DNA from: Candidatus Poseidoniaceae archaeon | GTDB lineage: Archaea > Thermoplasmatota > Poseidoniia > Poseidoniales > Poseidoniaceae | Length of the DNA stretch: 32,000 bases | Assembly: GCA_943789275.1 (NCBI GenBank) | Contig: CALSTM010000001.1 | Span: 60,001 to 92,000, forward strand | Reading direction: 5' to 3' | Shown here: positions 19,118 to 26,890 of the stretch, piece by piece | Layout of the letters: each line of letters opens with the position of its first letter | Numbering within the stretch: position 1 is the stretch's first letter | The notes under the pieces: generated by a model | What the model saw: the letters and a program-made list of their open reading frames with translations, nothing else | Database searches by the model: none | What the model was told of the DNA's origin: nothing | Position numbers and translations under genes: made by a program

Positions 19118-19942
19118 ATGGCCGAACAGATTTCCAACATTGCGGGATACCGTTTTGTTGACCTGCCCGACCGAGATGACCTCAGGGAGCCTTTCCTTTC
19201 TCTTTGTCAAAACGTGGGTTTGCGAGGTACCATTTTACTTTCACACGAAGGCATTAATTTCTTTCTTGCCGGTTCACAGGATGGTATTGAAAAATACCTT
19301 GAATTCCTTCAGCAAGATTCACGATTCGCTGATATGACGCTCAAATACTCGTACACCGATTACCAACCGTTCAACAGGATGAACGTCCGACTCAAAAAAG
19401 AAATCATTTCGTTGGGTATGGATAACGTGAAGCCTGCTGAGCGAACAGGTGACGAGATTACCCCCACTGAGTTCAAACAGTGGCTCGATGAAGGGCGTGA
19501 AGTAGCCATCATCGATACTCGAAACGATTACGAAATTCGTTTAGGGACTTTCCAAAATGCAGTGGACTTAAACATCAAATCGTTCAGAGCATTTCCTCAA
19601 GCAGTTGAGAAGTTGCCTGAGGATATGAAAGACACACCAGTGGTGATGTTCTGTACCGGAGGCATCCGTTGTGAGAAAGCAAGTGTTGTGATGATGGATG
19701 CAGGCTTTTCAAACGTCAAACAACTGAAAGGTGGGATACTTGGCTACTTCGAAGAGGTTGGTGGAGAATACTGGGATGGCGATTGTTTCGTTTTTGATCA
19801 TCGAGTGGCCTTAGGACCTGACTTGGAACAAAGCGATGTCGTGCAATGCTTTGCATGTCGCCAACCGTTAACGGTTGAAGAGCAAAAGTCACCCGACTAT
19901 GTCATCGAGGAATCTTGTCCGCACTGTATCCATTTGCGATGA
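19118..19942 (+). CDS. trhO: Rhodanese-domain tRNA uridine(34) hydroxylase (UPF0176 / YceA family)
   Basis: Start re-called to ATG 19118 (MAEQISNIAGYRF). Family motifs are SHEGINFF, the active-site loop MFCTGGIRCEKAS, KGGILGYFE and CFVFDHRVAL, plus C-terminal Cys pairs CFAC...CPHC. Confidence 0.85.
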   Translation: MAEQISNIAGYRFVDLPDRDDLREPFLSLCQNVGLRGTILLSHEGINFFLAGSQDGIEKYLEFLQQDSRFADMTLKYSYTDYQPFNRMNVRLKKEIISLGMDNVKPAERTGDEITPTEFKQWLDEGREVAIIDTRNDYEIRLGTFQNAVDLNIKSFRAFPQAVEKLPEDMKDTPVVMFCTGGIRCEKASVVMMDAGFSNVKQLKGGILGYFEEVGGEYWDGDCFVFDHRVALGPDLEQSDVVQCFACRQPLTVEEQKSPDYVIEESCPHCIHLR

Positions 19943-21304
19943 TTACCAAATCAGCCAATCATCGGTGACTTGGCCGTGACTCCATACATGGATTTCATGC
20001 CCGCGAACACCATCATGAGCGGCGAAGATAAGATGATGCTCAGTCATTCGAAGCCCTCCGTAAGTTCCGGAAGCAGAATTGTTGTTTTGACCTGTCCACG
20101 GGTCATAGGCAAGCGAGATTTCACCGTCTGAAGATTGCCAAAGGGTTGAGCCAGTTTCCACGCCATCGATTTTTCCTGAAGCAAGGAAGAACAGCGTATC
20201 GCCATCAGATGCAAAAGACAGAATGTTGGAGCTTGCTAATCCCGGTCGTAAGTCGGTCTCGACTCGAGTTCCAGAAACGGTTCCATCTGAGGAACAGATT
20301 TCATGAGCGACTTGAGGTGCTACACAGTCAAACCATAATCGATCTTCATGAAGGATTCCACCTGCCCAATCACCGGGTGCTGCAACGATGGACGAAAGAA
20401 CTTGAGTCGTTCCAGTGGCCAGTTCATGGCCCCATAATTGAGGGTCCACTCCGGATGTAAGTGCGTCAAAGACGAGTGTTCCATCCACAAAATGAATTCC
20501 AAGATGTTCTGCAACGTTGGTTGTTGGATGGCCAGTTCCCTGGTTTTGCAGAGTCGTCAGCCAATTGCTGTTCCCATCATCCAAGAGGTGTACCAATTGC
20601 CGACCGAACTGTGCTTCTCCAACCACGACCAGGCCTCCTTCGATGACCAACGGCGCTCGAGGGTTGCTGGCGCCTTGTTCGTTCAGGTTCCACGAGGTGA
20701 ATTGGCCAGCACTTGTGAGCATATACGGTTCTACATCGGTATTGATCTCGGCTGAAAACCAAAGCCGTGTATCGTTGGCGTGCAATAATTCTTGGCCGAG
20801 GTTGCTCATCTCTTCGGTGTGTACAACCAGTGATTGCTGTTGCTCCACTGTAAACATGGAATGTTCAAACATCGGGTAAACGGTAGTTGCATCGCACCAA
20901 TACAGGGCTCCTGATGCATCAACGACCACAATTCCATCCATCCAATGCACCGCTTGAGCAGTACTGGACAGGGCGACGCTTTGGCCAGAGTGGACGACAC
21001 GGTGTGTGCCTTCTTCGCTTCCGTCACTCACCCATAACTCGCGACCGTGAATTCCGTCATCTGCATCGAAGAACACTCGCTCTCCATCAAGGGTTTGAAC
21101 CGATTGCATGCCAAGATACTGACCTGGTAGGGAATCTCCTGTTGGCTGGATGTCAAGCAGGAGGTGCGTCGAAGTTTCTGTTCCGCTGCTCACCCACAGT
21201 TCACAACCATCAATGCCGTTGACGCCGGCCATCAGTATCTTTTGCTGTTGTTCCATCCACACTAAGGCGTCGCAGTTTGTCGTGATCTCCGTCTGCGCTA
21301 CCAT
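19943..21304 (-). CDS. ELWxxDG-repeat (beta-propeller-like) protein, probably the C-terminal part of a larger secreted protein (see 21210-22169)
   Basis: Repeats: DGCELWVSSGTETST, HGRELWVSDGSEEGTH, PQLWGHELATGTT, HEICSSDGTVSGT, STLWQSSDG, GHEIHVWSHG. It has no signal peptide of its own. The ATG at 21304 is the first in-frame Met that gives plausible sequence; the ORF is open up to 21379. Confidence 0.7.
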   Translation of the reverse strand: MVAQTEITTNCDALVWMEQQQKILMAGVNGIDGCELWVSSGTETSTHLLLDIQPTGDSLPGQYLGMQSVQTLDGERVFFDADDGIHGRELWVSDGSEEGTHRVVHSGQSVALSSTAQAVHWMDGIVVVDASGALYWCDATTVYPMFEHSMFTVEQQQSLVVHTEEMSNLGQELLHANDTRLWFSAEINTDVEPYMLTSAGQFTSWNLNEQGASNPRAPLVIEGGLVVVGEAQFGRQLVHLLDDGNSNWLTTLQNQGTGHPTTNVAEHLGIHFVDGTLVFDALTSGVDPQLWGHELATGTTQVLSSIVAAPGDWAGGILHEDRLWFDCVAPQVAHEICSSDGTVSGTRVETDLRPGLASSNILSFASDGDTLFFLASGKIDGVETGSTLWQSSDGEISLAYDPWTGQNNNSASGTYGGLRMTEHHLIFAAHDGVRGHEIHVWSHGQVTDDWLIW

Positions 21305-22169
21305 TGGCAAAGTCGGAAATCGGTCCGTATTCCAGTGGGGAATTGCAAATTTTGAGTGAGGTTCGAATTTCATCCGCATGGAGAATCCCGTCGAAGGCGA
21401 TTCCGTTCATGCGTCCGTCATCGATCCCAAAGTCCAGAACGAATCCTGAACTGCATACGGACGTTGGAGGACTGGACTGTTCCACCAACGCAGGTGCTCC
21501 GGCAGTTCCATCTGCACCGTTCGTTCCCATCGAACCGTCGTTCCCGTTGCTTCCAATGAGGCCATCACAAACGGGGACACTTGTTTGTCTCTCGATTTCT
21601 TCCAACTGGCCGTTTGAATTGATATCTGTTCCGCTGTGAATCATGATGCCACTTTGTGAACAATAGATGCTCTCTGCGTTCAACACTTCAGTTTCAATCA
21701 ATCCATTGGTGGTTCCACCAGTGCTTCCAGGTGCACCTTGAGGGCCTGACAACCCTTCCTTGCCATGACAGACTTTCGTTGAAGATGTCACTTCAACATC
21801 ATCCAGATAGCCGTTTTCATTGAAATCGTTACCAAGGAATATTTCTGCACCGCCCTCGGTACAAATTGAATCCGCACTGCGTCCTTCGGTTCGCACCAAC
21901 AGTTCACTGGCATTGTTGCCATCAGTTCCTGCTTCCATGTCGATTGAATCCAAAGAGGCGTATGAGTAGGTCGACAGAGAAAGAGCTAGAATCAACATCA
22001 ACGTTTGAACGATGGTCAGTGCCGTTTTTCGTTTTGATGCGGATGGCTTGGAAGAAGGACTTTTTTTCGTTGTTGCAGTCTGAAATGCCTGCTGATTTGG
22101 GGGCTTCTTTCCGGATACAGGTTCTCCTGCAATAGGGGCGTCGATATTCATCGTAGGGGGGGATGACAT
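21210..22169 (-). CDS. Secreted/anchored protein with three Cys-bracketed modules and collagen-like Gly-X-Y runs, probably the N-terminal part of the ELWxxDG protein
   Basis: Start is ATG 22169 or 22151 (the track's 22199 is a TTG). A basic Pro/Ser/Lys-rich N-tail is followed by the hydrophobic TALTIVQTLMLILALSLSTYSYA. The three modules are ICTEGGAEIFLGNDFNENGYLDDVEVTSSTKVC, YCSQSGIMIHSGTDINSNGQLEEIERQTSVPVC and VCSSGFVLDFGIDDGRMNGIAFDGILHADEIRTSLKIC. The Gly-X-Y runs are GPQGAPGSTGGT and GSNGNDGSMGTNGADGTAGAP. Confidence 0.65.
   Translation of the reverse strand: MSSPPTMNIDAPIAGEPVSGKKPPNQQAFQTATTKKSPSSKPSASKRKTALTIVQTLMLILALSLSTYSYASLDSIDMEAGTDGNNASELLVRTEGRSADSICTEGGAEIFLGNDFNENGYLDDVEVTSSTKVCHGKEGLSGPQGAPGSTGGTTNGLIETEVLNAESIYCSQSGIMIHSGTDINSNGQLEEIERQTSVPVCDGLIGSNGNDGSMGTNGADGTAGAPALVEQSSPPTSVCSSGFVLDFGIDDGRMNGIAFDGILHADEIRTSLKICNSPLEYGPISDFANGSADGDHDKLRRLSVDGTTAKDTDGRRQRH
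21345..21863 (-). repeat. Three copies of a ~32-37-aa Cys...Cys module (C-x2-G-x-x-I/L-x-x-G-x-D-x-N-x-N-G-x-L/F-D/E ... C), the first two each followed by a collagen-like Gly-X-Y stretch
   Basis: Read from the translation of 21210-22169. Module boundaries are C113-C144, C180-C211 and C249-C285 in track ORF numbering. Confidence 0.6.
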
Positions 22170-22268
22170 GTTTACTGCAAATCTCGTCAAAGGTATCAAA
22201 ACCTTCGGTCATTGGCAAATTTCAATTGTTTTGCTGTGAACGAACGACTCAATGGAAGGGGTGAGTTC

Positions 22269-24068
22269 ATGAGCGTCCTTCAACTGCACAGAGGTATGGA
22301 ACTCCCAGAACGACTCGCATCTCAGTTGGCAGGTGACGAAGGCCCAACCCGTCAAAAGGCGGCTCGCTTGGTTGTCGACCTTGCAGGTACCGCTGGCGCC
22401 AGTGGCTTTGTTGAAGTCGACCATGCGCACGTCTCGGGCGTCTCGGTCATCACCGGCGGCCATGGCCTGCGCCGATTCTTATCGGACCTTTCCAGTTCTG
22501 GTGACGGAAAAGTTACGATTCCTACAACGCTCAATTCTGCTGGTTGTGACAAAGAGAAAATGAAGGAAATGGATATTGATTGGCCGGATTTCCTTGAACA
22601 GCAATTCGAAATAGTTGAGGCTTATTCTGAACTCGGCATCCAAGCGACGTTGTCTTGTACGCCTTACGACCGGGGAGTCGACGATGAAAGTGGCATTGCA
22701 TCATGGGCTGAATCGAACGCCGTATGTTTCTCAAACACGTGGACCTCGCTCATGACCAACCGTGAATCTGGACTCTCTGCACTGGCAACAGCACTTACTG
22801 GATATGCTCCTCGATGGGGCCTTCACTTGCAGGAGAACCGTGTTCCAAACATTCATGTCCGTGTTGAATGTGAACTTGAAACACTTTCAGACTGGTCGAT
22901 ACTTGGAGATTGGATTGGAAAGCAAGTTCGACCGGATTGGGATGTTCCTTGGGGTCCTATGCCCTTGATTCAAGGTCTTCCATCGTATGCGAGTTTTGCT
23001 CGCAAGAAGGCACTCACAGCGGCAGCAGCCAATTATGGTACACCGATGTTGTGGGCAGAAGGTCTGTCTGCGGACCCGCCTCTTTCGAAAGACGCTCAAG
23101 GGCAATGGATGGCTCCAGATGCGGGATGGCAAGGCGAGCTGGTGTTTACACAGACTGAACTCGACGCCCGTTATGCAGATCTCGCCCCGAAGGGACAGGT
23201 CGATTTAGTGGTCATCGGGTGCCCTCAAGCAAGCCTAGAGGAAATCCGAATCACTGCAGCAGCGGTTCGTTCCCATGCTGAGATGGGTGCAAAAATACCT
23301 GACCAGCGTTTGTGGGTCTTCACCAGTGGTGAGAATTACGAACTGGCTTTAGCCGATGGAAGCGTCGATTTGCTTGAGAGTGCAGGTGCTGTTCTTCTGC
23401 AAGATACTTGTCCTGAAGTCACACCGTATAACCGAGCTCATTACAATCATTTACTTACCAATTCACTCAAGGCAGAACACTACCTTACCAGTGGTCTCAA
23501 CCGGTTACCAACCAGCGTGATGTCGATTCACGACTGCGTCTCGCACGCCTTTGATGCCTCCCTCTCCGAAGGCCCTCGGCCGGTGTTGGAAGCCAAATCA
23601 CAACCGCAGCATGCCAGTGCAAAAACGATTCAAAGCGGTGAAGCAACGCTCATGGGCTCACCGCTTGAAAGTCAAGGAGACTTTATTGTCCAAGGACCAG
23701 CAATGGTTACTGATGTACCCATCACCTATCTTGGATACGTTCACCGCGACACGGGCGTTATCGAAGAAACCGGTCATCCTTTGGACGGGCGAGCGATTGA
23801 GAACTCGATCCTCATTTATCCAAAGGGCTCTGGTTCAACGGTGGCTCCGTATGTTTTGATGGGATTGTTGTACACCGGAAAGGGGCCGACAGCCATCGTT
23901 AACCGAGATGTTTGCCCACTCACATTACCTGCATGTTCACTGCTGGATGTCCCCTATGGGCACGGATTCGACTTGGACCCATGTATGGAAATCAACGATG
24001 GGGACATCGTGGAATTAAAGTCAGAACAAGGCGTAGTGAGTCTTACCGTTGTTGAACGAATCCAATGA
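22269..24068 (+). CDS. Aconitase X (AcnX) family dehydratase, single-polypeptide fusion of the large (DUF521) and small swivel (DUF126) domains
   Basis: The N-terminal part has LAGDEGPTRQKAARLVVDLAGTAGASGFVEVDHAHVSGVS, typical of the AcnX large domain. The C-terminal ~130 aa has GPAMVTDVPITYLGYVHRDTGVIEETGHPLDGRAIENSILIYPKGSGSTVAPYVLMGLLYTGKGPTAIVN, typical of DUF126. ATG 22269 is preceded by GGGGTGA (22258-22264, 4-nt spacer). ATG 22296 is an alternative start. Confidence 0.75.
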   Translation: MSVLQLHRGMELPERLASQLAGDEGPTRQKAARLVVDLAGTAGASGFVEVDHAHVSGVSVITGGHGLRRFLSDLSSSGDGKVTIPTTLNSAGCDKEKMKEMDIDWPDFLEQQFEIVEAYSELGIQATLSCTPYDRGVDDESGIASWAESNAVCFSNTWTSLMTNRESGLSALATALTGYAPRWGLHLQENRVPNIHVRVECELETLSDWSILGDWIGKQVRPDWDVPWGPMPLIQGLPSYASFARKKALTAAAANYGTPMLWAEGLSADPPLSKDAQGQWMAPDAGWQGELVFTQTELDARYADLAPKGQVDLVVIGCPQASLEEIRITAAAVRSHAEMGAKIPDQRLWVFTSGENYELALADGSVDLLESAGAVLLQDTCPEVTPYNRAHYNHLLTNSLKAEHYLTSGLNRLPTSVMSIHDCVSHAFDASLSEGPRPVLEAKSQPQHASAKTIQSGEATLMGSPLESQGDFIVQGPAMVTDVPITYLGYVHRDTGVIEETGHPLDGRAIENSILIYPKGSGSTVAPYVLMGLLYTGKGPTAIVNRDVCPLTLPACSLLDVPYGHGFDLDPCMEINDGDIVELKSEQGVVSLTVVERIQ

Positions 24069-24072
24069 GGTG
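24067..24072 (+). promoter_or_regulatory. Shine-Dalgarno-like GAGGTG overlapping the AcnX stop codon, 5 nt upstream of the epimerase ATG (translational coupling)
   Basis: The sequence is tccaa-TGA-GGTG-cgtgt-ATG. TGA is at 24066-24068, GAGGTG at 24067-24072 and ATG at 24078. Similar anti-SD-complementary motifs precede nadE (GGTGAT) and AcnX (GGGGTGA). Confidence 0.4.
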
Positions 24073-24077
24073 CGTGT

Positions 24078-25076
24078 ATGGCTCCACAACGTATTCTTGT
24101 CACCGGTGGTGCCGGATTTATTGGCTCATCGCTGTGCGAGAAATTAATCGATGAAGGCCATACAGTTCTCGCCTATGATTCGCTTTTCCGTGGCCATACA
24201 TCGAATCTATCGTCGCTTGAAAACAACGAGAGGTTTCATTTCATGCAAGGTGATGTGAGGGATGTCGACCGACTTGACGATGCAGCTGAAGCCTTAGGAG
24301 GCTTGGACATTGTCTTTCATTTAGCAGCAGTAAACGGCACAAAATGGTTTCATGAAGCAGCACATTCGGTGATTGATGTCAACATTAACGGAACATTGCG
24401 AACATTAGAACTGGCGATGTCATGCGATGCAAGGTACGTTCTTGCCTCATCACCTGAAGCTTTTGGTGAAGCCAAACAACAACCGATTCAAAATGGAAAC
24501 GAGATGATTTTTTCCGACCCCGCACTGCATCAGAGGCACTCCTATGGTGCCAGTAAGTACCTTGATGAAATCGCATGTCAACATGCAGTACGTGAAGGCC
24601 TTGATGTTCGAATCGTTCGACCGTTTAACGCCTATGGGCCTCGTTTACTCGGAGATGAATACGGCCAAGTGGTCGCCATGTTTTTCTCTTCAGTTCTTAA
24701 CAATCAACCGATTAAAGTGCATAACGGTGGCAAACAGACCCGTTCCTTCACATGGATTTCGGATACGGTTGATGGTTTTTATCGGGCAGGTCTCATGGAC
24801 ACTGCATTGGATGGTTCACCACTTAGCGGTGGAGCTTTCAACATCGGTTCAACAGAGGAAGTCTCGATTCAATTGCTTCAACAAGCGGTGTTCGATACCG
24901 TAACAAAGGATTCCAATTGGAAGAACGATTTGCCTGAGATTTTTCACGAGGACGGATATTTTGGCGATGCACTACGAAGGTTACCTGATTGTTCACAGGC
25001 AGAACTTCAATTGGGTTGGAAAGCGACAACATCGTTGGAACAAGGCCTGTCTGCGATGTGGTCAGCGTTACGATAG
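24078..25076 (+). CDS. NAD-dependent sugar-nucleotide epimerase/dehydratase (extended SDR family)
   Basis: Motifs: Rossmann ILVTGGAGFIGSSLCEKL, catalytic YGASKYLDE (YxxxK), and VRIVRPFNAYGP; 332 aa. Substrate specificity cannot be read from the sequence alone. Confidence 0.85.
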   Translation: MAPQRILVTGGAGFIGSSLCEKLIDEGHTVLAYDSLFRGHTSNLSSLENNERFHFMQGDVRDVDRLDDAAEALGGLDIVFHLAAVNGTKWFHEAAHSVIDVNINGTLRTLELAMSCDARYVLASSPEAFGEAKQQPIQNGNEMIFSDPALHQRHSYGASKYLDEIACQHAVREGLDVRIVRPFNAYGPRLLGDEYGQVVAMFFSSVLNNQPIKVHNGGKQTRSFTWISDTVDGFYRAGLMDTALDGSPLSGGAFNIGSTEEVSIQLLQQAVFDTVTKDSNWKNDLPEIFHEDGYFGDALRRLPDCSQAELQLGWKATTSLEQGLSAMWSALR

Positions 25077-25886
25077 TTTTCGTCCAGCGTAGTGCTTGGA
25101 CACTTTTTCTCCCCAATCGTTGGGTGACGGTGAAAGACGGTCATGACCGTGCTGGCACAACACATCCAATCCGAGAGGTGGTATTGAGGACTCAGATGTC
25201 CATATTCCTGTTACCCGCAAGACGGCGAGTCGAGCAACTGCGTCGGGTAAAGAACGATCTTCGAGGTATTCAACTTCGAGCGCAGCCACTGCTTCGTTGA
25301 TGAGCAGCGGGTCATGAGGACTTTCAGTGAATCCGGAGAGATTCCACTCGCTCTCACCTTGAGGCAGCGGAGCAGCCGTTTCATCGATTGCTTTCACAGC
25401 CTCCAATGTACTTGGCATGAGGTGGAGTATTGCCCGTTTGGTCGAACGTAGATTGAGGAGCGTGTCCCGGTATCGACCTTCACGGTTGCAACTGAACGAA
25501 GCAATGAGCAAGGGTGGTCCGGTTGACACAGCCATAACCGAAGTGTAAGGTGCGAGGTTTTTGTTTCCGTTTTCATCTTGTGTTGATGCAAGTACGAGCG
25601 GACGCGGTGACAGCAGACCCGATAACCATCCTGCTCGTTGGGCATGTTCGATGGAATCAACATCCAGTCGCTTCGCATGTTCCATATTGGATGTTGGCAT
25701 CGGCGAAAACCAACTGTTGAGCGTGCCGTTTTGTATTTCTTCAATGGCATGATTGTTGAATTCGATGTAGGACTCCCAAGATGAGGTTTGTTCGGTTTCA
25801 CCACGGTTCTGTTTCCGTGCGATGGATTTTTCAGCGTAAGCATTGCATTTTCGCAAATAATCCAAAACAATTGCTTTCCTGTCCAT
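25068..25886 (-). CDS. Flavin reductase-like (FMN-binding split-barrel) domain protein with a ~85-aa N-terminal extension
   Basis: LLSPRPLVLASTQDENGNKNLAPYTSVMAVSTGPPLLIASF matches the flavin-reductase-like motif (PRP-v-x-v-sT-x-d-x-x-G-x-x-N-x-aP-x-S ... PP). The ATG at 25886 immediately follows the upstream gene's TAA (TAAATG). Confidence 0.6.
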   Translation of the reverse strand: MDRKAIVLDYLRKCNAYAEKSIARKQNRGETEQTSSWESYIEFNNHAIEEIQNGTLNSWFSPMPTSNMEHAKRLDVDSIEHAQRAGWLSGLLSPRPLVLASTQDENGNKNLAPYTSVMAVSTGPPLLIASFSCNREGRYRDTLLNLRSTKRAILHLMPSTLEAVKAIDETAAPLPQGESEWNLSGFTESPHDPLLINEAVAALEVEYLEDRSLPDAVARLAVLRVTGIWTSESSIPPLGLDVLCQHGHDRLSPSPNDWGEKVSKHYAGRKLS

Positions 25887-26408
25887 TTAATCATCTCCAG
25901 TTCGTGTTGCGAGTTTGAGTCGGTGCTGCTTTTCATCGTATGCTTTTCTCGTCATCAGGAATGCTGCTGGCTGACCCGCCCAAACTTCGTGTTTCGGAAG
26001 CTGTTTGGTGAGGGTTGAACCAGCACCGAGTACGCCGCCTTCCCCGATATCGCATCCAGGCAGAACGGTTGAGCCTCCACCTACGACTGCGTTTTTACCG
26101 ACTCGAACCGGGCGCCATTGCTTTGAGTTCTTCGAGGGCGGATATTTATCGTTCAATAAAGTTGCATTCGGGCCAATGAATACCCCTTCGCCGAGGTGGC
26201 AACCGTCGGCAACATAAGCGCCACCTTGTATTCGACAACCGTCACCAAGCGTGACGTTACGTCCAATATGCGCTAAAGAGCCGATGGAACACGATGAGCC
26301 AACCAGGGTATCCGTGCCGATGTGGCAAGGTAACCAAGCAACTGAGTCTTTACCCAAATCAGTCGAAGTTCCGCTCAATGGCGTATGGATGGCCATCGAA
26401 TCCCTCAT
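25887..26408 (-). CDS. Left-handed beta-helix (hexapeptide-repeat) acyl/acetyltransferase, WbpD/WlbB-like sugar N-acetyltransferase type
   Basis: Imperfect hexapeptide repeats (IGTDTLVGSSCSIGSLAHIGRNVTLGDGCRIQGGAYVADGCHLGEGVFIG), then PNATLLNDKYPPS and VGKNAVVGGGSTVLPGCDIGEGGVLGAGS. Start re-called to ATG 26408, which forms an ATGA overlap with the bcp stop (26405-26407). Confidence 0.7.
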   Translation of the reverse strand: MRDSMAIHTPLSGTSTDLGKDSVAWLPCHIGTDTLVGSSCSIGSLAHIGRNVTLGDGCRIQGGAYVADGCHLGEGVFIGPNATLLNDKYPPSKNSKQWRPVRVGKNAVVGGGSTVLPGCDIGEGGVLGAGSTLTKQLPKHEVWAGQPAAFLMTRKAYDEKQHRLKLATRTGDD

Positions 26409-26890
26409 TCGCCCAATCCAAGTTCTCTCATGAGCATGCCAACGTGACCTTTCGCCTTGACGTTGTATCGTAGCCAAGAGAAGTTACCATCTGGAGCGAT
26501 GACGAAGGTCGAGCGGGAGCATCCCATGTATTCACGGCCGTAGTTCTTCTTCAATCGCCATGTTCCGAATTTCTCATGAAGTTCACCGTCACGGTCCATG
26601 AGCAAAGGAAAATTAAGTTCTTGTTTTGCTACAAACTTCTCATGAGACCCTTCGCTGTCCTTCGATACACCGAGGACGATGTATCCCTCAGTGGTCAGTC
26701 TTGCCATGTTATCTCGGAAGTCACAGGCTTGGGTGGTACATCCTGGCGTGGAGTCGCGAGGATAAAAGTACAAAATCACAGTTTTTCCATCGGCCTGATA
26801 TGCGGTGGAACTGTGAGTTTGACCACTGGAATCAAGGCATTCGAATACTGGTGCTGTTTGTCCGGCTTCATGGGTTATCGCTTCGCTCAT
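26405..26890 (-). CDS. bcp: Thiol peroxidase / peroxiredoxin, BCP (PrxQ) family
   Basis: The motif is GKTVILYFYPRDSTPGCTTQACDFRD, with CxxxxC peroxidatic and resolving Cys spacing. ATG 26890 (MSEAITHEAGQTAPVF) gives the usual spacing to the active Cys. ATG 26917 is the longer alternative. Confidence 0.88.
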   Translation of the reverse strand: MSEAITHEAGQTAPVFECLDSSGQTHSSTAYQADGKTVILYFYPRDSTPGCTTQACDFRDNMARLTTEGYIVLGVSKDSEGSHEKFVAKQELNFPLLMDRDGELHEKFGTWRLKKNYGREYMGCSRSTFVIAPDGNFSWLRYNVKAKGHVGMLMRELGLGE

